Source: Lama guanicoe
Taxonomy: Eukaryota
Assembly (NCBI GenBank): GCA_013239625.1
Contig: MU054323.1
Location: 7,305,220 to 7,369,219 of the forward strand
Direction of reading: 5' to 3'
DNA: 64,000 bases
A program made the position numbers and the translations under genes. This document shows, in pieces, positions 49,407 through 61,100 of the stretch (positions within the stretch are counted from its first letter, which is position 1; each line of letters opens with the position of its first letter). The notes beneath the pieces were generated by a model. That model worked only from the letters and a program-made list of their open reading frames with translations, had not been told where the DNA came from and ran no database searches.

Positions 49407-52079
49407 CTGTGCAGCGGGGACACAAACAACAGACCACGGTCACACCTGGGGTCTCCTCCGGGCCTCCCTGACCCACGTGCCCATGGGCTCCCGGGCTCGC
49501 CTCTCCCCTTTGCTCCTTGTAGGTTGACTTTCCCCGACCAGGTATGAAAACGGGGGGTCACACTACCTATAACCAGCAACTGCAACTGACATAAAACAGC
49601 CTTGGAGACAAGAGCCTCGCAGGAGGAAGAAAATGGTAACACTAAAATGGAAACGAATGCACCCGAAATCTAGGGAGCCGCTACATTAGTGGGTACAGCC
49701 CACCTGCTTCTGAAAGTGAACAAGGTGAAAATGTTCAAACTTTGATAAGAACCGTATTTCCTTCCTGCAGACGTATCTGCTTGGGAATTCTCAGTCATAC
49801 TCTTGCTCACCCTGGAATCTTGAACCACCGCCTGGAACCTCAAAAGCCTGTACCTGTTCTCACCAAGGACCGCTGCTCGCAGTCTGCCAGACGTGCACCA
49901 GCCTTAAGTGTGCAACCTGGATTTACAGCTCCCAACACCGTGGTGGCAGGTTCTGGGAGAGGTGATTCTGAAGGACACAGGAGCGTAACATGTGGCCTGG
50001 GAGGAGCTGAGATGAATTTAGGGCTCTGATGTCATATGGGGGAAGTTATGTTCACCTGTGCTTCATCTATGTAGCCCTGGTGATAAGTACCACTCAAGGT
50101 GAGGGGCTGCAAGCAGGAAGGTACCCCGGCTGGAGCAGAAGCATTCCCCAGGATGCAGCAAGACCGAGCGCCGGGGTGGGGCAGGGCGAGGCCCGGGGCA
50201 GGGGTGAATGTGGCTGGGAAGCCTGGCTTGGTCATCAAGTCCTCAGAAATGTCCATTTGGCTCTCACAGTTTCTGCACTGAGCAGACTGCATATGACAGG
50301 GTGCCGACCAAGTTGTTTTCATGTTATGTCAGCATGATTTCAACCCCCAAAGAAGCAAATCTTTTTGTCTCTTTGTGGTTGGCAGTTACGTTGCTCTCGA
50401 ATGCCTAGGTGACAGTAGTTACTGCTACCTCAGTCTACGGTAAAATCTCACGCCAAGTTTACAGTGGAGAATCAGAAGGTCCATCATAAAAACACTTGGT
50501 TTTACAATTATACCCACGTAACAGCTACAAGTTAGCTACAGGGGCATATCTGAGGACCTATACAATGTTGAGAGTCAAGCTTTGTTTTTAAACCCTACCC
50601 ATCTCTCATCCCAACTCATAACACTCTTCCCCTTGGGGGCGATACCTAAAAGCCACAGAAATGAAAATTCAGGCATCCTTACAGAAAGGCTTCCCATAGA
50701 CATACAAAGCAGGAGGGACAGAAAGAGATGTTGACAGGGCAACACAGGAGCAAAGACAGAGGGCCCCTGGGGCCAGCAGGTACCAGACAAGGGAAACCGT
50801 ACCCAGTCCCTACGTGAGACACAGCCTACTTCCAGACTCAGGACTGCGGGCTGGAGTCTATGGTCAGGGCAAGGCCCAAGCGGTCGGGGCAGAGTCCTCT
50901 GTGTGCTTCGGGGGAGTGGGGGAGACTGAAGAGAGGCCATGGGAACAGCTATGGGGGAAGGGAGGGTATAAGGGAAGAGAGGCCAGAACAGCAGCTGTTA
51001 TGTCTTCAGCCAAGAACATTCCACACGAATGCCGGGGTCTGGCTGGATGGTGTGTGTGTGCATGCGTTTGTTTGCAGCTTGTGTTTACAGAAGTGTCAAT
51101 CTATCTCTGTGTCTCCTCTTCTCGTCACCTCCTGCATCACAACCCTTCTGCCTTCTCCTAGTGCCCTGTCGGCCCAGAGAAGTCAGTCTTCTCTCCATTT
51201 CTTTGCAGCATTTCTAGATGTTTCAAATACTGCTGCCCTCTCCTTCTGACCTTTGGACGGCCATGCCAAATACGTCATTCTCATCAATTCATCATACTAT
51301 TGTCCACTTTCTCCCAGGCCTCGCTCTGACTCACTCGATGATTTCAGCACCTGGAGTATGTTTTTCTTTTTCTCCCCATTTCTTCCTTGGCAATTCCAGT
51401 GTCCTTGCTGACAAACTCCAAACCCACCCTCTCTTGTCCGCACCAGACCCTACGGGCAAACACTCCAGACCCCGCCCCTCAAGGTGTGCCCCCCTCCCCA
51501 TCACAGTCTCCCTTCCTGCATCCACGGCTTCCTACCTTCCTTAAGACTTCTTTCACTTCCCTCGGTCTCCCAGTCTGCTCAGACTAAAGCCTGGGCGCTG
51601 GCGTTAGAGGTACCTGGGCTGAGTCCAGGCTCTGTCACTCACTACTTGGGCAAGTTGTTTAACCGCCCTGAGCCCTGTCTGGAATCCTTTCCTCCAGGGG
51701 CTAAAGAATCAAACAGGAAGGGTGTGTTACGTGCAGAGCATCCAGCAGGGACCTGGGCGAGCTGGGCTGGCTCCTTCTCAAGCTCCACCCCTCAGCCTCC
51801 CCAGGGCGGCCACCCACCTCTCTCCCTGACAACCGGCTCTCCAGCACACCACCCTGTTTAATTCCTTAGATTTGTGGATTTACTTACATCCCACTACGTG
51901 CTAGGCACTGTTCTAGGCACTGGGGATACAACCTGAACAAAACAGACCAAAATCTCTGCCTTGTGGAGCTTACATTTTGAAGGAATCCAGTAACAGATGT
52001 ATTAATATGTCACAGAAATAAGAGCTAACTCTCAAATGTCCAAAGAGCATTGTTATCTGTTCAAGGTAACGTAGAAACA

Positions 52080-52300
52080 TGAAGATTAAGAGCATGAAGT
52101 CTGGAGTCAGAAAGACCCAGTTCAGATCCAATCTTTACCACTTAATAGCTACACGATCTCAATTTCTCTGAGCCTATTTCCTCATCGGTAAAATGGAGAT
52201 ATTATTATATTACACACCTCACTGGGTTGTTGAGGACTGAGTAAGATTAAACATGGAAACCATTTAGCACAGCTCTTTGAACATAACAAGTTATTAAGGA
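52080..52300 (+). mobile_element. MIR SINE
   Basis: TCTGGAGTCAGAAAGACCCAGTTCAGATCC...TCTCTGAGCCTATTTCCTCATCGGTAAAATGGAGAT. Confidence 0.85.
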
Positions 52301-52847
52301 GGTTTTGGAGACAATAAAATGAGGAAGGCATTACTGTCCTTTGCTGATACCTTTCTCTATTGCTTTTAATTCCTCTGAGAAGCCACAAAACCATTTGGCT
52401 GTTCTGTCCACAGCAATCACTTCCTTTTCACAAACACTTCTTGCATTTATAATCCTACACTCAACGTCTGACGACTAACTTTTCCTGCCACTTCATTTTA
52501 TCTCTTATTTATTTTCCATATTTTAATTTTGCTTTCCTATAAACTCCCGGAGGCAAGAGGTTATATTTGGTTTTGACTTGGATCCACCTCCTGTATCCCC
52601 GCCACCCATCTCTCAGAGCGTCAGGAAATCAGGAAGCTTTTGTTGATCCACTGACATGACCATCTCTAGAGAAAAACTTGACGGTCAGCTGGGAACAGCA
52701 GGGAGAAAGAACGGTAGGGGTCTGAAAGCTTTGGGGAAAGGTGGCAGCCGGAGGAAAGGCAGAAACAAAAGGGCAAGGTGGGTTTCGTTCAGGGACTGGA
52801 GCTCTGGCTTCCGTTCAGACTAGGGGGTCCTGTGGAGCTGCCTTTAC

Positions 52848-52901
52848 CTCTGTCCTTCCCATTCTGCATCTTCTCTTCTTCTTCCTCTGCACCTTCCTCT
52901 G
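52848..52901 (-). CDS. DTNB: Dystrobrevin beta coding exon, 54 nt (AEEGAEEEEEKMQNGKDR-G)
   Basis: Acceptor TTTTCACAG|CAG and donor AGAG|GTAAAG. In frame with the previous exon and matches the recalled DTNB C-terminus. Confidence 0.95.
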
Positions 52902-53209
52902 CTGTGAAAACAAGTCCAAGGAGGCCAGTGACCCTTCAGCACGGTATAAGCATGGCAGGAGGGAGAAGGGAGTAACTTGGGAGGCGTGGGATGAAACCCT
53001 AGCTAAAGGCTCACGGCTGCAGGCCTCCAAGGGTGCTTAAATCACCTAGCCTATAGCACCCACACCCCAGTATTGTGTCCCCATAAGCCCTAAGCCCAGA
53101 GAAACGTGCAGTCTGATGTCACCCACGTGGCTGCTGGCTCTGTTGCTGGCTTCCCTGAGGTGATGACATCCACCAGGGATACAGCCAATACCTTGCCTTC
53201 AGGTTCAAG

Positions 53210-53850
53210 AAAATAACTGTAAACGTGCCTGGCAGGGAACACCTAGATGAACACTGGCTTCTGTTAAAAAAACAAATCTAGAGATTTTAGCTGACAACAA
53301 ACTTAAAATGCCTGAACAGTGTAAAGTGGCTATGTGGGGAAGGGGCGTGCTGTCTAAGACTGCTTTCCTGGGGGGCTCACCCAGGGAGGTGGCAGCTGGC
53401 TGTGCTCTGCAGGGGGAAGACCCCTGCGACGTGCAGAAGGGTGTCGGCCCTGGGAACTGGCTCTGAACTAGGGCCTTGAAACACTTGGCCACATCCTGGT
53501 GTGGGCAGGCAGGATGGTCCAGTGAAACCCACATGAGTTACAGCTGAAGGAACGGTGACCAGTTGCCCAAAGTGGGGAAGGCGGAGGGAGAACCCTGCCA
53601 TCTGCCATCAAATACTTGAAAGGCTGACGTGAAGAGGAGGGACTGAGCTCAGTCTGGGTCACTTCAGAGAGTGGAACGAGAATGCAGGCATTACAGACAG
53701 GCAGGTTTTGGCTCCCTGATAAGGAAGAACTTCCCAGTGGGGAGAACTGGTCATGAATGAGCTCACTGGAAATATTCAAACAGAGGACTTACACTGAGCA
53801 GCAAGTTGGATTAAATGACTTCTAAGATCCTCTCCAACGGACTCTAAGAG
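53210..53850 (+). mobile_element. L3/CR1 LINE 3' fragment
   Basis: ATCTAGAGATTTTAGCTGACAACAAACTTAA, TCAAATACTTGAAAGGCTG and GGATTAAATGACTTCTAAGATCCTCTCCAAC. Confidence 0.65.
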
Positions 53851-55930
53851 TCCGTTATTTTTGAAAGCATTTCAAAAAAGACGAGGTGGGCAAGCTATGG
53901 TCCACACAGTACGTCCGTGCTGTGCAGAATACATGTAAACACAATGTGAACATCTAATCTCATCCTCACAGAGACCTTGACAGTGATGGTAAAATGGTGC
54001 TGGTGTCGGGCAAGGCTCTTCCACTCATCGAGAGACTGCAGCCTTGCACGTAAAGGGCGTTTACTTCTGTGTTTTATAGAGACACTGTGCCACGTGTGGG
54101 CCTAGTCCACGTCTCCCTGTGGACTTCAGGGCTTGGGAGAATGGAGCATCAGTGAAAGGGGCCCTCGTGGGACTGGAGATTTGACACCTTGTCCTGCGTG
54201 GGGATAAAGGCAGTGTGGTGGTAACAGCATCAGCTTAATGTTCAGACATAAGCTCTAAGACCAGCTTTGCCCCTTCAAGCTGCACAATTTCAGGCAAATC
54301 ACTTTTCTGATCACCACTCGCTGCATTTCTAAAGTAAGAGGAGTAGACAGTGTAATCTCTAAGGTACCTTCTAAACACACTGCATAGTTTTGTTAAAAAC
54401 CATCCTTTCCTCCTATGAGAGATTGCTGGGTGTCCCCATAAACTTACTTTTTTAGGAAGCTTTTTTGTCTCTATGGGCTCTGTGTTTAATGATACCCAGT
54501 TACCTCTCAAATCAGTGTGATGAGCTCACGAACCACTTATTTTGCACAAACCCCAAGAAGTGGCCACAAGGCACAAGTGTGGTTAATTTCCATGGCCTGA
54601 AATCCCCTAGGAAATTCCCTCCAAGAGTGGGATTTCTGGCATCTGTGGGGAGCTATATTAGGGAAGGGACTTTCTAATCACCCATGACGTCAGCTCTTCG
54701 GTTTGTGTGTGTGGAGGGGGCAGTGCTTCTAACGGGGGCTGAGAAACGGTACCAGACTGGAGACAGCGTCACCATAACTCCCAGCACAGGAGAACTGGCA
54801 ACCTGTCTTAACTGCACTGGAAAAACCAACCCAGGCCACACACTTATTCTCTTCTAAACAGAAACAGCAGATTTGAGAGCAGTAACACCACAGGTGTGTG
54901 CGTTCTCCTATGAAGGTCTGAAGAAACACCCAAGGCTTGCCTTCCCTAAGAGCATGGACTGATGATTTCAGTGTATGTGTTCGAATAAGTATTTGTGTCT
55001 GAACAGCCCACAGAAAAACTGCTTTGTATTTTTATTTAATAATCTTGTTAAGCTAGCTCAAGGTATTTAAAAGCACTACATTAGGTGAAAAGAAACAGAA
55101 GAGGGCCATCTGTACGAGTGACCTACAGCACTTAGGAAAGGAGTCTGTTTGTTTAATATATAACATGGGAATATGACCACTGTAACAAAAAATAGTAAAA
55201 TATCTGGCAGCTAAAAACTGATGGAATCATGGGAATTCTTAAGATATGATGGTATGGGAACAGCCTTCTATTTTTTCTCTCCTTCCTTGGATTTATGTAA
55301 GGGCAAATATTCCATGAGGTAAGGGTCTCTGGAAAATCACTGAAATAGCCAGGTGACAGACAGAAGGGAGTCACAGATAAGACTGAACATGAGGAGTGAA
55401 GGAAGCAACAGATGCGGGTCATGAACTTCCAGTGAAATCAGAGCCTCTTCGTGGACAAAAGGAGAGAATAGGGTTTCAAAACCAAGTCAAATAGGAGAGA
55501 GCAGAGAGGCAGTGAGAGAAAGTCCAGAAGCTTTTGTGGCTGATTCGGTTCCAGTCATCCAGGAAAGCTCCGGAATGAGACAGCCGAGCAGGCCTGAGGA
55601 GAGAGCAGCTGCGGACGAAGCACAGATGGAAGACAAATTAGGTGAGGAAGGGGCCTGACTGCACCGAGAGGTGGGAATTTCTCTCAAGTCTGCACTGTGC
55701 TGCACCAGGCGTGTTCTTAAGAGAAGCCTAAACGCAGGACTGCCGCTACGTGGTCCCGTGTGGGAGCAGCTCTGGGTGGGGAGCCAGCGTGTCCTAGAAG
55801 GCAAAAAGACCGCAGGGTGACGGGCGGCGGCCTGCGCTCCGGGGCGACGTTTTACCACGTGGCCAGGCGGTGAGGAGGGCCTGGGTGCAGAGGGGGAGAC
55901 GCGAGGCTGGGCGGGAGCTCTGGGCGTCAC

Positions 55931-56020
55931 CTGAGTGGAGCTCCTTCACCAGGGACGACATGGTGTTGGTGATAGAGTCGGCAGCCACCAGCAGGTCATT
56001 GTGGAGGTTCCTCCTCGTAC
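55931..56020 (-). CDS. DTNB: Dystrobrevin beta coding exon, 90 nt ([30 protein letters not shown])
   Basis: Acceptor CTCCCCTCAG| and donor TCAG|GTGACG. Contains the hallmark dystrobrevin motif [20 protein letters not shown]. Confidence 0.97.
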
Positions 56021-56802
56021 CTGAGGGGAGTCAGAGCAGATGGCGATGCCAGGTGGGTGGGTGGGGAAGAGAGGGCTGAGCAAATGCCTCGGTGGGTCGG
56101 GCCCTCGGGTGGACATGGTGCGCACTAAGGGGAGAGGGGCCACGCAGCTCCGCCCGCTCCCAGGCACATCAGGAGCATCGGGTACCCAAGTCCATGGTCC
56201 TCCCTCTTCTACACCTGCAGAGCAGGGCCCTGTCAACTCCATGCTTCTCAGCCACAATCAAGAGTTGGGTTGCTCCCAGGTGCTCCTAGCCTAAGGCAGG
56301 TCTTACTCTCCAGCTCCACCTCCGCCTCCCTGTGGAGTGAAGTCTCCATCGGAGCCTTCCTCGTCTTCCCCCAACCACGTAACACTGCTGGCTGTCAGCT
56401 CCGCGGACAAGGAGCCTTCGGCAAAGTCTTACTTAGAGTTCCACTCTTCCTTCTCTTGCTTGCTCTAAAGATTTTGCAGGCCGACACATGACTTCGGAAT
56501 GAATCCATCAAATTCCTCCAGAGGAAGCAAAGCCCAAAGGACAAGGCACTTCCCACAACCCGGGGAAAAAGAGCACAGAAGCCCAGGAGGTTTGTACTCA
56601 GCACACATACAAAGCCTGCAGACCTCCACTGGACACCAGCCCATCTAATGAGAAGGGGTCAGCATTTGACTTACTTTTACTGTATATGAAAATTGGATCA
56701 TTTAAAGCTAAGCGCACAAAGAAACTGGAAAAGTCTCAGTAGGAATCTTGCTTGTGCTTCCAATCCCTTTCTGCTCTCCATTATCTCTGCTCTCACACTC
56801 AC

Positions 56803-56956
56803 CTTGGGCGAAGGCCTCCTGCATGTCCCCGCTGCCCAGCGGGTCCTGCGGGCAGTGGGTGGGGGTGGAGCCGGCCGACGTGGAGCGCACGGGCATGGGC
56901 ATTGGGCGGCCACCTCCATGAGTGGGCGATGTATGTGGCGATCCTGTGGCCTGAGC
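56803..56956 (-). CDS. DTNB: Dystrobrevin beta coding exon, 154 nt ([52 protein letters not shown])
   Basis: Acceptor TCTCCCAG| and donor CAAG|GTGAGT. Translation matches the recalled DTNB C-terminal region. Phase 0 in, phase 1 out. Confidence 0.95.
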
Positions 56957-57080
56957 CTGGGAGAATCAAAGAGATAAAGGATATTATCTCGGATGTCTTA
57001 CCTCTTTGAGGAGGGGGAAAAGTCTTTTTTCTCAGTCTGAGCCAGCCCAGGGCTTCAGTTCAGTGGTGCCATGCACTCAC

Positions 57081-57122
57081 TGCACTCCCATGTGAAAGGA
57101 AGGAGTCAGGCTGCCTCCAGGG
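57081..57122 (-). CDS. DTNB: Candidate 42-nt in-frame DTNB cassette exon (PWRQPDSFLSHGSA)
   Basis: Long pyrimidine tract plus CAG acceptor, consensus donor GCA|GTGAGT, length divisible by 3, no stop in phase 0. Prediction only. Confidence 0.5.
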
Positions 57123-57364
57123 CTGGAGAGAGGAAGAAAAGAAAAAAAAAAGGGGAGATGAGGAGAGAACAAAAGGGGAGGAGAGAAAAGAGAGCGCGAG
57201 AACACTGCAAGAATGGACAGAAAGAGGGAGGGAAAGCACTGCAGAGGGAGGCGGAGGCCCTGCAGGTGGCCAGACTGAGCAGAGTGGCTGGGCAGAGGAT
57301 CAGGGGTTGGGGGTCACACAGCTGGAAATAGTACACCAACAGCTTTCATTTTTGTTTGCAAACA

Positions 57365-57490
57365 CATTCATGGGCACTATCTCATTTGATCCTCACAACA
57401 ACTTGTGAGTAGAAAGGACATACATTTTTGTATCCATTTTATTGGAGAAAACCCAGGATGAAGAGAGTAAGAGCTCTGTGTCAGGCCGCG
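57365..57490 (-). mobile_element. MIR fragment
   Basis: TATCTCATTTGATCCTCACAACAACTTGTGAGTAG...ATCCATTTTATTGGAGAAAAC. Confidence 0.65.
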
Positions 57491-58139
57491 CAGCCCGGCA
57501 GTGGGAGGGAGTGGAACGAGCCGTTCCACTCCGAGGGCAATGACAGCGGCCCAGCACCTCTGCAGCTGCCAGGCCACAGGGACACACGCCACCCACACCC
57601 GCGTCTGCGTGTCGGGAGCCCAGCTGCAGGCTGTTCCCTGGAGCCGGCTCATCCAGCTGTCACACTGCACTCGCCACGCACACAGTGAGGTCTTTCGCAG
57701 GCCATCCAGTGGGGACTGGGTGAGGATGAACACATGTTTAGTGGGAACCAAACTTTCCTTGTGAAGGCTCTGGTATAGTTTTGGAGAAAGCTTGGAGCAA
57801 TGGGATAAAATTTTGAAACTTCTGTTAAAGGGAGCTCGCTGAGATCTGGGCTCTGCTGCTCTTCAGAGGAAGGGCAACTGAGTGTGGCACGTAGGCTGGG
57901 CTTTTCTGTGGAAGCAAAACGGGGAAAATATAAACCAAAGTGTGCAAATGAGTTCAAAGGAAGATCAGTCTCTTTTGGGATCTAGCTCAGAAACCCCACA
58001 TACAAACAGCATCTGCCCCAAACAGGCTGACAGGCTGTGCGCAAAGCATCACCTCAGTGCTTCAACCAGTGTGAGCGCTGGGCTACATGGAAATGGTCTG
58101 TTGTCCATCGTTCACTTTGATTCGTGTGTGCATTTTTAA

Positions 58140-61100
58140 TTTGAGAAATTCAAAAAATATGAAAAGCTTAGAAGTAGAACATTACAGACCACCCAAATTG
58201 ATAATTGTTAATATTGTGTCAAATTTATTTCAACCTAAAAACACAGCAGATAAATCTGAAGACCCCTTTGTCTACCAATTCTTTGAATCCCCTCCTCTCT
58301 TCCTTTCAGAGGCAACCATTGTCAAAGATTCTGGTGTGAAACTTCTTACCTATGTGTACATATGTAATTATGAATAATAGATGACATTTCATGCTTTTAA
58401 GTTTTGCACGAATGGGTATCATACTGTACGTAACATTTTCCAATTTGCTTTTATCGCCTAGCATACGTTTTGAGATCTTCCCATGATACAAATAAATATG
58501 AACTTAGACCTTACCTAACATATACAAAAACTAGCTCAAAATGGATCATGCCAAATGTAAGAACTAAAACTATGAAACTCTTAGAAGGAATGATTAGACA
58601 ATGACTTTTTAGCAATGACACAAAAAGCAAACACTAGAAAAGAAAAACAGATACGAGGGACTTATAATTAAAAACCTTTTTCAAAGGACACCTTTAAGAA
58701 AGTGAAAAAAGAACTCACAGAATGGGAAAAATTTTTGCAAATCATATATCTGATAGGGGACTTATATCTAGAATATATAAAGAACTGTGACACTGAACAA
58801 TTAAAGGACAGATAACCTAATTTTAAAATGGGCAAAGGATCTGAATAGACATTCAAAGAAGATATACAAATGTCCAATAAACACATGAAAAAATGCTCAA
58901 TATTATTAGCCATTAGGGAAATGCAAATTAAAACCACTATGAGATCCAACTTGACATCCACTAAGATGGCTACAAAAAAAAAAAAAAGACAGGTAATAAC
59001 ACACGTTGACAAGGATGTAGAGAAACTGAGACCCTCATAAACTGCTGGAAGGAATGTAAAATGGTGCAGCTGCTTTAGAAAACAGTCTGGCAGTTCCTCA
59101 AAAGGTTAAACATTGAATACCATATGACCCAGCCATTCCCCTCCTACATGTATAGACCGGAGAGAAATGAAAACATACGTATACATAAGAAATTGTACGC
59201 AAATGTTCACAGCAGCATTATACATAATGGCCAAAAGGGAAAACAAATTCAAATGTCCATTGACTGTTGAATGATTTCAATACAATGTGGTACATTCTTA
59301 CAATGGAATACGATTAGGTAATAACAAGGAATGAAGTACTGACACACGCTACAACACAGATGAACCTTGACAATATTATGCCAAGTAAAAGAAGCCAGTT
59401 ACAAAAGACTACATGTTTGATTCCATTTATATGAAATGTCCAGAATAAGCAAATCCACAGAGACAGAAAGTAAATTAGTGGTTGTCTGGGGCTTGGAGGC
59501 TAGGGAGGAATGAGAAGTGAGTGCTAACAGGTATGAAGTCATTTTGGGGGTGATTAAATGTTCTAAAATTGATCATGCTGATGCTTGCACAACTCTGTGA
59601 TGATATTAAAAACTAGTGAATTGTACACTTTAAAAGGGTGAATTGTGTGGTAGATGACTTATATCTTAAAAAAACTATTATTTAAAAAAATGCCACAAAG
59701 AAAAATAAAAAGATAAGCCATAGACTGGAAAAAATAATTGAAAGTTGTTTCTAATGAAGAAATTGTGGATCTTCATGATTTTTTGGATTTGACACCAAAA
59801 ACAAAGCCAAGAAAGGCAAAATAACAAGCAGAGCTACATTAAACTAAAAAGCTTCTGTAAAGCAAAGAAACCATCAACAAAATGAAAAGGCAATCTACTG
59901 AATGGAAGAAAATATGTGTAAGTCATATGTGTGATAAGGAGTTAATATCTAAAATATATGAAGAACTCATGCAACTCAATAGCGAAAAAGCAAACAATCT
60001 GATTAAAAAATGGGCAGACGAACTGAACAGACATTTTCCCAAAGAAGACATAAAATGGCCAAAAAGCATACAAGAAAAGGTACTCAACATCACCAATCAT
60101 CAGGGAAATGCAAATCAAAATCACCATGAGATATCACCTCATATCTATTAGGATGGTTATTATCAAGAAGAGATAAGTGTTGGCAAAGATGTGGAGAAAA
60201 GTGAATACTTGTGCAGTATTGGTGAGAATGTAAACGGGTGCAGCCACTAGGCAAAAACAGTACGGAGGTTTCTCAAAAAATGAAAAATAGAACTACTATA
60301 TGATCCAGCAACCCCACTTCTGGGTATATATCCAATGATGAAAACAAGATCTTAAAGAGATAGCTGTACCCCTATGTTTACTTGTGTACTGCAGCATTAT
60401 TCACAATAGCTCAGACGTGGAAACAACCTAAGTGTCCATCAACAGATGACTGGATAAAGAAGATGTGGCATATGTGTACAATGGAATATTATTCAGCCAC
60501 GAAAAAGAAGGAAATCCTGCTGTTTTATTTATGCTATGTGAAGTAAACCAGACAGAGAAAGACAAATACTGCATGGTATCTGTATGTGAAATCTAAAAAA
60601 AAAGTCAAACCCAGAAACCAAGAGTGGAGTGGTTGTCAGGGGCTGAAGGGTGGGGGAAGTAGAGAGAGGTTGGTAAAAGTGTGTAAACTTTCAGCTATGA
60701 GGTCTGAGGAGCTAATGTAACATGGACTATAGTTGGTGACACACTATTGTATAGCTGAAATTTGCTGAGAGAGAACAACTTAAATGTTCTCACACACACA
60801 TAAAAAGATAAATATGTGAGGTAATGGATGTGTTAATTAACTAGATGGGGAAACCCTTTCACCATGTACATGTGTATTAAGTCACTACAATGTGTACTTT
60901 AAATATCTTCCAATTTTATATAGCAATTATACTTCAATAAAGCTGAAATAAAAACAGAATAAACTATAAAAAAAAAAACTTGTGTCCAGAACATATAAAG
61001 ACTCTTATAACTGAATAAGAAGGCAAGACAACCCAATTACAAGACAGGCAAAGACTTGAATAGACATTTAATGAAATAATATGTACAAATGGTCTGAAAA

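Noticed and set aside
49522..49541. Plus-strand AG-flanked 19-nt microexon-like motif followed by GTATGA
   Set aside because: Antisense to DTNB, not a multiple of 3, and no supporting transcript structure; likely chance.
58668..60151. ORFs of 114, 89 and 61 aa
   Set aside because: Sense and antisense readings of decayed L1 ORF2, not host genes.
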